64,000 nucleotides of DNA from Paramoeba atlantica (taxonomy: Eukaryota; Protista; Discosea), in NCBI GenBank assembly GCA_977017575.1, contig CDRNVI010000142.1:1-64000 (forward strand). The letters run 5' to 3'. Of this stretch, positions 36,701 to 47,652 are shown piece after piece. The notes below the pieces were generated by a model. That model was given only the letters and a program-made list of their open reading frames with translations. It was not told where the DNA came from and did not search any database. Numbering within the stretch: the stretch's first letter is position 1; each line of letters starts with the position of its first letter. The position numbers were made by a program, and so were the translations under genes.

Positions 36701-38031
36701 CGACCAGGGCGCGAGGGGTGTTCATCCACAAAAATTCCGAGTTGTTGTTCGAGAACTGCAGTTCGATCCATCCCAGCTTTGATCATTCTAGGAATAGCTT
36801 TGATTCTCCATTTCTTGTCATCTCGAGAGCCATTCCATCCTATCGCAGCTGTATGAAGAAGTTCGAGTTCCAACGAAGAGAAAGAGTGTATGGCTGAAGT
36901 TTTCCTTAAAATCCTGGTTTTTGCAAGGCGTTTGATGATTGTCTGGAGTTTCCATAGTTCTTTGAAAAGGTGAGCTTCTTTCCCTTTGTCTTTCCATAGA
37001 GGGACTAATTCCCACGCCTTCTCCTTGAGTTTAGTAAGACAACTGACAGAATCACCTTCCACATAGTCCCCAACTTCATTAATGAGGGCATTAATAAATT
37101 TAGGATCTTTAATGAGGTATTCAGGGATTCTCTTCTTGTTAGATTTCAACTCCCATTCTTTGATACTAGTTCCACCTACGATCATCGCATGGTCCTTAAA
37201 GCCTGAAGGGATTGCGTTAACAAAAATCCTTTCGCTAGGAGCGTTCAAGGGAATAAAGACATGATCGATACATCGTCCTTGGAAATGGGTTGGTTCTGAC
37301 CACCCCAGTCTTGATAGATTCCAAGATTCAGAGGATTCTGCGAGCTCTTTAAAAGGGGTTTCGTTAAGATCCCAGTTGAAGTCACCTCCCAGAACGTTCA
37401 GTCCATCTTTGGAGAAGAACTTTCCGATTTGGTCTTGCATAAAGGGAAGTTTCAGATCGCAATGACGGTAGACATTCATCACAGCATATTCGGTATTGAA
37501 AATCTTGGTTCTCAGTCCAAACAAACCACTCTCAGAGCTTTCAATTGGGTATGGTTCTATATCATGGAGGCCTTCCATTCTTCTGACTCCAATGGCAAGG
37601 CCCCGCTTCCGTTCCGAGAAGGGGTCTTTGAACCACAAATATTTCCTCAAACAATTCTTGAGATGATCGAGATCTTTTTCAGATGCGGCATGGGTTTCTT
37701 GAAGCAAAATAAACAGAGGACGGCAACTTGCAGCCATTCTACGGCAAAGGTTGAGTTTTTCATCATTGTGAACACCATTGATGTTCCATAATAAAATCCT
37801 CATGTCTGGGAATTTGTTATACTGATACAGGTTTGGAAGCGGCGGCGCAGGGAAGGGAGGGAGGAAAGAAGATGAAGGGGGTTGGGACACCAAGACAGGT
37901 GCTTGAGGGGTTGGGGAGGCAAGGTTTGTTTTTTGACGAAGATCAATAACGGAAGAGTCAGAGGGAGCACAAGGGTCCTTCAGTGATGGAAAGAAAGATT
38001 TTAGATTGTTGTTGTTTTTCTTTCCTTTCAT
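33760..38031 (-). CDS. LINE ORF2: APE endonuclease, RT, CCHC finger, RNase H and a C-terminal extension (1423 aa)
   Basis: WNING, LQETH, GGDFN, IDHVF, DH (APE); GPDG, FRPIS, DFCKAYD, GVRQGCPISP, FMDD (RT); CRLC...SHLLEEC; YDGS...NNIGE...VGDC...HVPRELNKRADAIA (RNase H). Confidence 0.97.
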   Translation of the reverse strand: MKGKKNNNNLKSFFPSLKDPCAPSDSSVIDLRQKTNLASPTPQAPVLVSQPPSSSFLPPFPAPPLPNLYQYNKFPDMRILLWNINGVHNDEKLNLCRRMAASCRPLFILLQETHAASEKDLDHLKNCLRKYLWFKDPFSERKRGLAIGVRRMEGLHDIEPYPIESSESGLFGLRTKIFNTEYAVMNVYRHCDLKLPFMQDQIGKFFSKDGLNVLGGDFNWDLNETPFKELAESSESWNLSRLGWSEPTHFQGRCIDHVFIPLNAPSERIFVNAIPSGFKDHAMIVGGTSIKEWELKSNKKRIPEYLIKDPKFINALINEVGDYVEGDSVSCLTKLKEKAWELVPLWKDKGKEAHLFKELWKLQTIIKRLAKTRILRKTSAIHSFSSLELELLHTAAIGWNGSRDDKKWRIKAIPRMIKAGMDRTAVLEQQLGIFVDEHPSRPGRKSSPRVKGVIVDGVISRDDNVVKKAIKDFWESLLSTERPYNKDSLDELIADHHPRFPPVERHDVDRKKVDKLLQRTNNTSAGPDGIPFSLYKATQEKYFDMWVELIQQAGEIMEFPPSFGESQLCLIPKVENIPRPDQFRPISVTNSDYRIVMRYWAKWLMEIASGVISKEQHAMFKGRSIDEAVESVYDSFYEALAEGKDVTLLQTDFCKAYDYVNRDALLHILKGLNAPPQAIYVVEKVLRESVTWLPNIGGSKRGGNNDSIQSRTGVRQGCPISPLLFVIVFDILLVSLKKEYNPQDLSGFMDDLGMVIQKAETINSLTPTFKKYEEATGAKLNFNKCFVLSTESFKPVGPWAEMARSNYCGDETVYLGVRLSKRLSPLKDWEKVILKMKKVGAAIKKRGGNFRSRVRMVNTYLTPCMGYLARFKLIPKSVASLMWKSIRSALGAYANTKTSILTSCYPPLDSNPQLRHPIVFNWALLTSRPPMRSDYQSPLSIGAMRKDALFAAQSLSTKVVFGQATRVAYSNMSRVIPIEIKDLYVGEGRAECVVYNLAHAIRPQLKRNLIKFLIRGLPTRDKLAHFTNQNSSCRLCHREKESRSHLLEECSVAEGLLQAMGRKCILLNVPSWQETKNVCGLVSNFLTRQETSVVSVALLSLWLTVCAEGSKSPQYATEIFEKILRKNKILPRPPRTQTKKGTKEKESFKFKGFQVFYDGSDRTDPHLGGAGFAVFREGKEICGGFETIPLGSNNIGEFTGCLKGMQCARSMTNEIEVVGDCMILTKAAPKTHAIKNYALNELLCEIRKLAMCFDEIEFIHVPRELNKRADAIATAASWSKEDGTCAVNDHHWDPRSQHVAETSEEWIILNSTLWNWINSPLTRDWTFPIPPGNFVRKFQGNTVTTPHVLFPTQTALENALILPVIITKDIQGWFHQSQESNLVRSFIEEDFRRNVINFIETSKPNSLPGFRRRTIKRRPLSEN

Positions 38032-38039
38032 TCTTTCCT

Positions 38040-40073
38040 TTATGAGGGGGGGGAAGATGAGGAGGATGAAACATTGCTTGACTCAGGGAATCGAGCACTA
38101 TCCATCGTCAACACTGTCTCACCCCATTCTATTTGATGCAAATCTCCAAGAACCGCAAAACCGTTTGAGGCAGGGATCTCCGAAAAAGGAAAAGTCGCTT
38201 TTTCCTTCCCGGGGACACCAGTGGGGACACTCTTATCACGGTCATTTTCCTTTGTTTTTTCCTCTTCGTCTTTCTCTTCTTCTATCTCCTCTTTCCCTTT
38301 CTCCTCTTCCCTACTTTTCTTTTTCTTCTTCTTTGCTGGCTTCTTGGTTACAGGTAGTGGTTTGGTCCCAGTAGAAGTTGGTTTCTTCTCCTCAACTGTT
38401 TCTTCCGACACCACCCTCTTCCTCAGTCTGGATTTCGGCTTTAATTTCAGTTCCTCAACCACCCTATCAATAATGTGGCCAAGGAAGTCTGCATCAAAAC
38501 TCGACTCCCATTTAAGCTGTCCTTTTTCCAACTCACTCTTCAACTTCCCAAGGCTATCTTCAGTCCTCTCCCACTCACACTGGAAATTCGCCCCATCTAA
38601 TATTTTCCAAGCCCCTTCAGTGTCGTGGATAGTCATCGACCATTTGCTCCCAGAAATTGGATCGGATGAGAATCGAGGTCTGCTCACGTCTGGGGAAATC
38701 TCGTCCTCATCCTCAATTAAAATAACCCCCCTCTCAGCGTCAGTTTCAGCAACAATGTCTTCAAGGAAATCCATCATATCTTTTTGAGGGATTGTTGGGG
38801 TTTCTGATGTACTGCCCAAGCGAGATGATGTGGCCGGAGTTTGGGAGGCCGATTCCTTACGAGGTTTAGTAGTCTTGAGCGAAGATTTGGGTTGATTACT
38901 TCTTGAAGGGGCTGACTTTCCCTTGGAGGAACCTTCTCGAAGAGCGGTTTCCCTCACGTTTGTGCTTTGATCGACCTCCATCGGGGTTGTAGATGAGGGA
39001 CGAGGGTCAGCAGACTTCATTGAGGGTGGTGCCCTCTGATTGGGATTTGATAATATGGGAAATTGGGACAGAGAGAGATTCGTACCTTGGTTCTCTTGAT
39101 TAGTCGAGGACTCTGTAGGAATAATAAATCTTTTATGAGACTGTTCCCTCAATTTCGTGATCGTCACAGGAAGGGAAGGAGATTTCCTCCGAGAGTCTGT
39201 CTCATTATTTAACTTTTTGATGATTCCTCCCTCTCCCTCCTTGTCCACAATCTCCTTCGCACATTTTAAATGCCTTGAGTGTGAAATCTCACACACTTGG
39301 CAATTTACTTTCTCGTGAAAGGGACTCATAGGGGTCCACAGAGAGATCCTACCTTGGAACTCATTGTTAATAATAAAAGAACCTCTGTGCTTGGCAATAA
39401 TACGTGTGAGAATAAGAGGGATTACATCATAGAAGATGACAATACAATCGTCGCTGATCTGAGCCACCTCTCTTAATCCATGGCGAGGAAGAGCAGATTC
39501 GCCAATAAACAATCTTTGGATCCACTCTTCCCCTTTGATTAAAAAGGGGACACAGAGTTTAAAGCCCCATAAATTCCAATCCTGGTTGTTCTTCCAGACA
39601 AAGGGCTTCCCAAAACCGGTTGCGAGGAAGGAACCATTTTCCAGAATGACTTTCTCCAGGGGTTCGCGCGTTTCTTCGTCGAAGGTGGCCACGTTGAGGT
39701 GGCCTTTCATAACACGCAAGAGGAAGTTCCCTCTCAGCTTAGGGACTTTGTTGAGTGTGGCCATCACTCTCTGATAGTTTGGCATTCCTTCATAGAAACA
39801 AAAGGAACCCATTACAAAGATGGGGCGGATTATTGCGTTGTTCTTCACAGGGTTAACCTCAGTTCCAATATGGGACAAGGTCTTCGGTATTTCTTTCTCG
39901 ACTCGCGACCACCATCCTTCCTCAGGCGCTCTCTTCGAGGTCGATTTGATTGGAAATTCTTCAGCATTCCCACTTGGGTTTGCGTTTTTTCTTTCGTTCT
40001 TCGAATACAAGGGGGAGTGGGACCCATTCTGGGAGCCCTTAGGGGAAGAGGACGTACTCTTTCCACTGGACAT
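38040..40073 (-). CDS. LINE ORF1 (about 677 aa from the first ATG)
   Basis: Long intact ORF upstream of ORF2; Cys/His cluster CQVCEISHSRHLKC; low-complexity, basic C-terminal half. Confidence 0.9.
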   Translation of the reverse strand: MSSGKSTSSSPKGSQNGSHSPLYSKNERKNANPSGNAEEFPIKSTSKRAPEEGWWSRVEKEIPKTLSHIGTEVNPVKNNAIIRPIFVMGSFCFYEGMPNYQRVMATLNKVPKLRGNFLLRVMKGHLNVATFDEETREPLEKVILENGSFLATGFGKPFVWKNNQDWNLWGFKLCVPFLIKGEEWIQRLFIGESALPRHGLREVAQISDDCIVIFYDVIPLILTRIIAKHRGSFIINNEFQGRISLWTPMSPFHEKVNCQVCEISHSRHLKCAKEIVDKEGEGGIIKKLNNETDSRRKSPSLPVTITKLREQSHKRFIIPTESSTNQENQGTNLSLSQFPILSNPNQRAPPSMKSADPRPSSTTPMEVDQSTNVRETALREGSSKGKSAPSRSNQPKSSLKTTKPRKESASQTPATSSRLGSTSETPTIPQKDMMDFLEDIVAETDAERGVILIEDEDEISPDVSRPRFSSDPISGSKWSMTIHDTEGAWKILDGANFQCEWERTEDSLGKLKSELEKGQLKWESSFDADFLGHIIDRVVEELKLKPKSRLRKRVVSEETVEEKKPTSTGTKPLPVTKKPAKKKKKKSREEEKGKEEIEEEKDEEEKTKENDRDKSVPTGVPGKEKATFPFSEIPASNGFAVLGDLHQIEWGETVLTMDSARFPESSNVSSSSSSPPS

Positions 40074-41589
40074 AACAGATTTCTCTGAAGTGCTCAACTA
40101 GGCGGGGTTTCACCAACACGGCGGGTGAAGGAAAGAAAATCAGATTGGGCAAGGAAAGTCTCCTTGAACCAACCCGATTTTTTTTAACCTGTGTCTTTTG
40201 TTCGCCACCCTAAACCCTTGTTCGTCACACTTGTTTTCGTCATGTTTATTTTTCCTTTCTTGGGTATCATGATGGATGAGGCTTGAGATGTGGTTTCTCT
40301 TCATCCTTTTGTTTGTCTTGTCTTTTTTATTTGTTCTTCTTTCTTTGTTCTTTTGTTCGTTCTTTTCTTTATCTTTTTGTGTCCTCTTTGCTCTTCCTTT
40401 TTTCCCTTTTTCCCCTTTCCCTTTCCACCTTATTCTGTATTTCAAATCTCTACCTTGTTCTGTTGTCTTCTATTCATTTTGAAGTCTTTCTCACTGCTCT
40501 TTCCTGTCGAATCTCCCCTGTCGATTCTCCCCTCTTTTGTTTTTCTCCTGTCTCCTTTCTTACCTTTTCCTCAAAAATTTGTGTTTTCTTCTCACTTTGA
40601 TTGTTCTTTCTTATTTGGAGTGTTTTCCTCTTTTGTGCTTTTCCCTCTCTTTTGTCTTTCGTTGGTGCTCCTTCAACAACAACAACCCTGCCTGCTGTAT
40701 TTTGATTCATCTTTTTGTTTTTTGTCACATTTGATTTTTTCTGTGTTTTCTCTCTTTGAATATTTTCTCTTTTGTTCAAAACCCTATTCTTTCTTTCTTT
40801 CTTTTGTTGTTCCTTTTATTTGATATAAACCACACCTTCTGCTTTTTTTCAATTTGATCTTTGGATTGACTTTCATTTATTGTTTTGTTGTTTATTTTCT
40901 GTGGAGATCTCATCAATCCTCTAACATTTTCCCTTTCCCCCCCTCCCCCTCCCCCCCCCCAAATCTTCGCTTCTCCCCTCTTTCCTTTTCTCTTTCATTG
41001 ATATCTCCCCATCTTTACTCTAATAACCTTATTCTCTCTCTTCTCTCTTTTTAAATCTTTTTTTCTTTCAATAGAGTGTAGTTGTGGGGCAGAGGAAGTT
41101 TTTCTCCCCAAATTTATCGTCCTTGCAATCTTTTTCTCTCTCTTTTTTTTCAATCTCTTTTGCAAGTACTTTTTTCTTTTTTTTTCATTTTCTTTTCTCT
41201 TTCTCTCTTTTAAAGAAATAAAATAGAATGATCAATTGCTGCTGCTGCTGTATTGTTGTTGTGGTCAGATGTCAACTATCACCTCATCTGCCTCTCCCCG
41301 AACAAAAATATCATTGCTTTTTGGAGTCATTTTTGAATGCTGCTAAATCAGGTTTACTTCTTTTATGGTAATTAGTTGTTGTTGATTAATTATTTATTAT
41401 TCTTTGTTTGTTCTTTGTGTAAAATTCTTATATATGAAAATTATTAATATTTTGGGGATGATTATTTATTGTTAATATTTAACATGTTATTTTTCTGTTG
41501 TATTATCAATCCATTTTTATTAAGGTTTTGCTTTCATATATTTGTTGCTCTCGAATAATATAACACCTCTCTTTGTTTTGGTTTGATTC

Positions 41590-42665
41590 CTGGTTGGTTC
41601 TTATTTTTTAATTTTTTATTTTTTTTTTGGGAGTCAAAATCCAGACTTTTGATCAATTTATTTTTGGGTTCAATTCTTGATTGGTTCATATTTTTTTTTT
41701 TAATTTTTTTTGGGGAGTCAAAATCCTTCTGTGACGAGGAATTTGATCAATTTATTTTTGGGTTCAATTCTTCATTGGTTCATATTTTTTTTTTAATTTT
41801 TTTGGGGAGTCAAAATCCTTCTGTGACAAGGAATTTGATCAATTTATTTTTGGGTTCAATTCTTCATTGGTTCATATTTTTTTTAATTTTTTTTTGAGGA
41901 GTCAAAATCCTTCTGTGACGAGGATTTTGATCAATTTATTTTTCGTTCAATTCTTAATTGGTTCACATTTTTTTTAATTTTTTTTTGAGGAGTCAAAATC
42001 CTTCTGTGACGAGACTTTTGATCGATTTATTTTCACACCAGGCTGGCTAAACCCGATGCACCTTGAGTCATGAATTTATCAATCATCCAAATCAACCCTG
42101 TTTATTTCTTTCAAACCTGCAAAAAAAATCATGTCCATATCAGTTTTTTTGGTTTTTTTTTTTGATTCACCACTCTTTTTTGTTTTTTTCTTGTGTTTTG
42201 AGTTTCAGAAAAGTTGAAAGATGAGAGAGAAACAAGATTTGTTCTTCTTTTTTTCAAGTTTTTTTTGTAAGCTTTGTTTTTTTGGTTTGGGAGTCTTCTT
42301 GTATCTTCTTGTGTTTTTTTCTTTCATTTTTTTATCTTTTCAGGAGAAAACAAGGTTTTTGTGTTTTTTGAAATTCTGAAAATGAATTTTTTTTTGTGTT
42401 TGGCTGGATTCTGGGTATTTTGTTTTTTGGAATTCTGAAAAAGAAAGATTGTTTTTCGAAATTCTGATTTTCAAAGGTTTGTCCAAAATTGAGTTGGAAC
42501 TGGTTATTTGCTAAGGTGGAACTTTTTTTTTGAGGCCTTGAATGGAAGTGATGGGGTTAGTTTGGATGATTGATAAATTCACAACTCAAGGTGCATAGTT
42601 TAGCCAGCCTGGAGTGATTGGTTTATATTTTTTTTTTTTTTTTTGGAGAGATCAAAAATCCTTCA
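41590..42665. repeat. About 85-90 bp tandem repeat (GGAGTCAAAATCCTTCTGTGAC...), 5-6 units, interrupted by a MITE
   Basis: The marker recurs near 41630, 41715, 41805, 41898 and 41989, and again after the MITE. Confidence 0.9.
42034..42616. mobile_element. MITE-like element with about 62-bp imperfect terminal inverted repeats
   Basis: CACACCAGGCTGGCTAAAC...ATGCACCTTGAGT..TGAATTTATCAATCATCCAAA at the left end and its reverse complement ending at 42616; non-coding T-rich interior; no clear TSD. Confidence 0.8.
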
Positions 42666-43284
42666 TTTTTTTTCTTTTTTTTTTCTCATATTATTTTTTT
42701 TTTATTTAAAGGTGAATTATTGAGTGAACTTTATGGATTTCACTTCTCTTCTTGTTATGTTAAGCTGTTTTGCTTTTTCTTCTATTGTATTAATTGAACC
42801 TTGTGTTGGTTACTATTATCAAAAGAAAGAGAAGAATAGATTAAAATCTTTTCTATTGTATTATCTCCTTTTTTTTTATGTCTTTTGTTGACCTTTTTTT
42901 TGTTTGAATTTTTTTCTTCTTTCTTTTTTCTTTCTTTAAATTCTTCTTATTTCTCTTTCAACTTGTTTTCTATTTTTTTTTTTTTTTTAATTTTTTTCAA
43001 TTGTTTTTTTTCAAAAAATAATAAATAATTTTTCAAAATAAATTGAATGAATTTATTTTTTCAATTTTTTTAAGAAACCATTTTCTTTCTCTTACAACCA
43101 TTTATTTTAAATAAAAATCTTTTCTTTAAAGAAAAATAAAAAAAAAGAAGAAATTTTAAGTTGCAGGAAAACCTAATGTTGCAAAAAAACTTTTAAAAAA
43201 AAATATTGATTTAAAGGGAGTAAAGAGCCTAAACCTATAAAATAATAGGTTGAACTGGGCAAGAGCTATAAACCCTAATAAAAT

Positions 43285-44760
43285 ATAAAATACATATATT
43301 TATATTTAGTTAACTATATTCTATTAACTTTATAGCTTATTTTACTCTCTTTCCTTTGAGTTATTATCAATTTCTATCTTTTGTTGATTTTTTTTTAAAA
43401 ATTCTTAAGTTGATTTAAACAAAAATTGTATTTCTTGAATATCTCAGTGTCACCTTTTTCAATTTTATTCAAAATAGCCTCATTTTATTCACAAAACAAA
43501 GCTTTATCTTTATCTTATCGTTTCGTTTTTCAATACTCTTATTTTATCTTTCAATGATAGGTACTTTTCATTTTTCTATGATTTTTACATAGGCTTTATT
43601 ATTGAATACTCTATCATTCTTAGTCATACCAACTCAAATTTTGATATAATAAAAAATACATATATCTACATTTAGTTGACTATATTCTATCAGCTTTATA
43701 GCTTATTTTACTATCTTTCTTCTGAGTTATTGATCATCTTCATATTTTGTTGATTTTTTTTGAAAATTTTCTAAGTCCATTTAAACAAAAATTGTATTTC
43801 TTGAATATTTCAGTGTCACCTTCTTCAATTTTATTCAAAATAGCCTCATTTTATTCACAAAACAAAGCTTTATCTTTCTCATCTAGTTTCGTTTTCAATA
43901 ATCTTATTTTATCTTTCAATAATAGGTGCTTTTCTTTTTTCTATAATTTTTATATAAGCTTTATTATTGAATACTCTATCATTGTCAGTCATACCAACTC
44001 AGATTTTGATGTGACAAAAAATACATATATCTACATTTAGTTGACTATATTCTATCAACTTTATAGCTTATTTCAATATCTTTCCTCTGAGTTATTGATC
44101 ATCTTCATATTTTGTTGATTTTTTTCAAAAATTTTCTAAGTCCTTTTAAACAAAAATTGTATTACTTGAATATCTCAGTGTTAAGTTTTTCAATTTTATT
44201 CAAAATAGCCTTATTTTATTTACAAAACTAAGTTTTATCTTTATTTTATAGTTTCTTTTTTCAATAATCTCATTTTATCTTTCAATGATAGTGCTTTTCA
44301 TTTTTCTATGATTTTTACATAGGCTTTATCATTGAATACTCTATCATTCTCAGTCATACCAACTCAGATTTTGATGAGATAAAAAATACACATATTTATA
44401 TTTAGTCAACTATATTCTATCAACTTTATAGCTTATTTTACTATCTTTCCTCTGAGTTATTATCAATCTCCATATTTTGTTGATTTTTTTCAAAAATTTT
44501 CTAAGTCCATTCAAACAAAAATTGTATTTCTTGAATATCTCAATGTCACCTTCTTCAATTTTATTCAAAATAGCCTCATTTTATTCACAAAACAAAGCTT
44601 TATCTTTTATTATTATGTTTTATTCTTCAAAAATATCATTTTACCTCTCAATGATAGGGATTTTTTATTATTTATTATTTTTTTTCAATACTCTATCATT
44701 GAAAAAATTGTCGATTTCAGTCAAATGACCTTAGATTTTGATGGAATAAAAAATACATAT
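43285..44760. repeat. About 365-bp AT-rich tandem satellite, 4 units
   Basis: AAATACATATAT...TTTAGTTGACTATATTCTATC recurs near 43287, 43654, 44019, 44383 and 44753. Confidence 0.93.
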
Positions 44761-45451
44761 ATCTACAATATATAAACTATTTAAAATCAAAATATCAACT
44801 TATTTCACTAACAATCCTCTGAGATATTCTTCATTTTCAAAGAATATTAAAAAAAAAATTCATTTTTCTATCATGTTTCTCAGAGGGAGAGACTTCAATT
44901 TCAATGAAACAAAAAAAATATGAATCTTTACAAATAAAAAAAACTCAAACAAAGAGTAAAAGAATGATTTCTTGAACAAGAAGGAAAGAAAAAAAAAAGA
45001 AAAAAAAAGAACTTTTGAGAGAATTGAACTCACAACTTTCATCAAAAAGAAAGTTTTTACCACTAAGCCATCAGGCTATTTGTTAAATACTTAGAAAAAA
45101 CAATATTTTTATATTACAAAGTTGAAAAATTCAACAACCCTCTATATCTCAGTGATGTGATGTCTGTTCAAAATGAAAATCATATGTGCTGATTCCCCTT
45201 TTGTATTTTATCCATCCTATCAAATTTTCAATAAAATTGGAGAGACAAAATTTCACTCCAAAAAATCAAAAAAATTTTCACTAAGTCAAAAAATATACCC
45301 ATTTACCCTACTTGTTGATCATTTATCTCTATCAAATGAAGGAATTGAAAAAAAATTTATATGACCCAATTCAAAAACATGTTGGCCTCTCTTCAAATTT
45401 TAATTTTTTCTTCCTGAATCCATCCTCATAGAAAGATAGAGTACTTTCAAA

Positions 45452-46545
45452 TATGTAAATTTCCTTATTTAGTCAATTTTTTCGCATCAATTAAAAAGCT
45501 CCAAATGATGAAAAATGAATGATAGAAAATAAATCCTATTCAATAAAGGTTTTTTTAAACATATTATCAACTTTAAATCAATTTTTTGATTTCTGACATG
45601 ATTTTATTAACACATTACAAAAAGTAGTTTCTCAAAAGTATGCTTACATAAAAGATCTATAAAAATCTCTCAATATCAAAAAATGAAAAATGAAAGTAAT
45701 AGAGTAGTGTAAAAACATCAAATGAATCTTAAAATAAAGAAAATCAATTTGAGATTTATCTATTTTGTTTTTATGTAGGGAGCAATAATATTATTTGTTA
45801 TAATAGGGAAACAGAGCCAAAAGTTCCAAAAGTATGTTTACAAAAGGATGCTATAAAAATCTCTCAATATTAAAAAATGAAAAATAAAAGTAATAAAGTA
45901 GTGTAAAAACATGAAATTAATCTATGTTTAAAGAAAACTTTGAAAAATTTTATATATTTCCCTATTATGTAGGGACCAATTCATTGATGTTTTTTTATAT
46001 GTAAAATACATAGAAAAAATACTCATATGTTTGGACTCTATAAAAATCTCTCAAAATTAAAAAATGCAAAATGAAAGTAATAAAGTAGTGTAAAAACATG
46101 AAATTAATCTATGTTTAAGGAAAACCATGAAAAATTTTATATATGACCTGATAATGTAGGGAGGAGACTAAAATTATATGTTTGTATGTAAAAATCATAT
46201 AAATGTTTTCTCAATTATTTTTGTTCTATGAGACAAAATCAAAAATCTGGCTGATCCAAGTTTTAGAAAATAGTTTTTTTTATTATGTTATCAAAAAAAA
46301 TGAGTCCCAACTCACTTGTTTCCTCAATATGTAGGGTGCCACTTTAAAGTCCTATCATTATATGTGAATTTCATACATAAGACCTCTTCGTAAACTGCCT
46401 ATAACTTTTTGTGACATATTCAGATTTTAAAAAAAAATATGCCATTAGGAAGACAAAAATGAGGCGCATCTTTCTACCAGTCTTCATTTTCCGAATTGTG
46501 AAAAAAAGTGGTTCAAAACAAAGTAATTAGACCCTAAACCCTAAT
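45452..46545. repeat. Internal copy of the telomere-adjacent block, ending in the interstitial telomere motif
   Basis: Collinear with 551-1644. Confidence 0.95.
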
Positions 46546-47520
46546 AAATGATAACTTTATTCTACTGTAAGCTGTGCTCTGAGAGAATGAAGCTGGTCCA
46601 ATTTCTCATGTGTGGATAACAGCCTACCCAAATTCTGAGGGAGAAGATACTCACTACAATAGACCAGATTTTTTAGATGTTGAGGAGTATTGTTTTGCTT
46701 ATTGGTGCTGCTTTGACATCACAGATCCTACCCTCTTGTCTCTCTCAAGTCAAGGCACTGTCACTTGCAAGGCTTGCTCCAAACTTGTGCCAAGTTCCTT
46801 CCACCTCTCTGACTGTGTGAAATATAACTAAGGTATGAATAATAGGCATCATTATTTTATGAAACAGCTTCTCCAAATCTCCAAATTTACACAATTTGAT
46901 GTGGTTCCAGATAGCTATTTCCCTTCCATTGGTCATTGCAACAAGAAGCCAAACTTAACTTTCAAACATTGGTAAGGTGGGAAACACTTGTATCTGGATG
47001 CTACAGTCACTTCAGCCCAAGGCAGGAATGTAATATTTAGGTTTCAAGGTATGGCAACAGGCACATCAAATATGTATAACCTCAGGAATTTACTTGCAAT
47101 TCCACATATGGTGAGAATCTGAAAGCTGAATGAATATCTACCAGAACACCTACACAGCAAAATGCTGAATGCAAGAAGAGATAACAACACCCCTGAAGAA
47201 GTAAGAACCTTTAAAGAAATTAAATTGTTCAACTCTTTAAGTGTGGAAGTTCTCTTTTTTTTTATGTTAACTTCATCAAGCAGTGCAGTTTCACCAGATG
47301 TAACAAGCTTCCTGAAGTGCATTACCTCTGAGGTTTTGCAAAAAAGTATAATATTAGATTAAGATCTCTATTGAGCCTTCTTGCAATATACACAGCAATG
47401 ACTTTCTGTTGCACTCATTAGCAGCATGGTGAGAAATATGAGATTTATTCAGCAAGGTCTTCACATCTCTTCTTTTTCTCCTTCTTTGAACAATCTGCCA
47501 TAGCAAACTTTGTACTCTAA
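46546..47520 (+). pseudogene. 5'-truncated C-terminus of an RLE-type (CRE-like) non-LTR retrotransposon
   Basis: HVWITAYP...EEY; CKAC-x8-H-x3-C (46766-46816); RHH (46844); KPN (PD-like, 46947); YLDATV (about 46993); later KEIK...FLK and LSVAL. Several stops. Confidence 0.65.
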
Positions 47521-47610
47521 GGAGCAAAGTCTTTAAGTGCTCCTCTTTAAAGACATTCAAAATGTTTTATCTTTCTTTTTCTCCTTTGTTTACAATTAAA
47601 ATAAATTAGA

Positions 47611-47652
<42 letters not shown>

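Larger units (their letters stand above)
33596..40189 (-). mobile_element. Full-length L1-like non-LTR retrotransposon (6.6 kb)
   Basis: T10 at 33596-33605; 16-bp TSD TGTGTCTTTTGTTCGC at 33580-33595 and 40190-40205; two intact ORFs separated by 8 nt. Confidence 0.97.

Noticed and set aside
38221-38787. Antisense ORFs over LINE, gypsy and host exons (e.g. 38221-38787, 52111-52506, 50529-50888)
   Set aside because: Shadow frames of genuine opposite-strand coding sequence.
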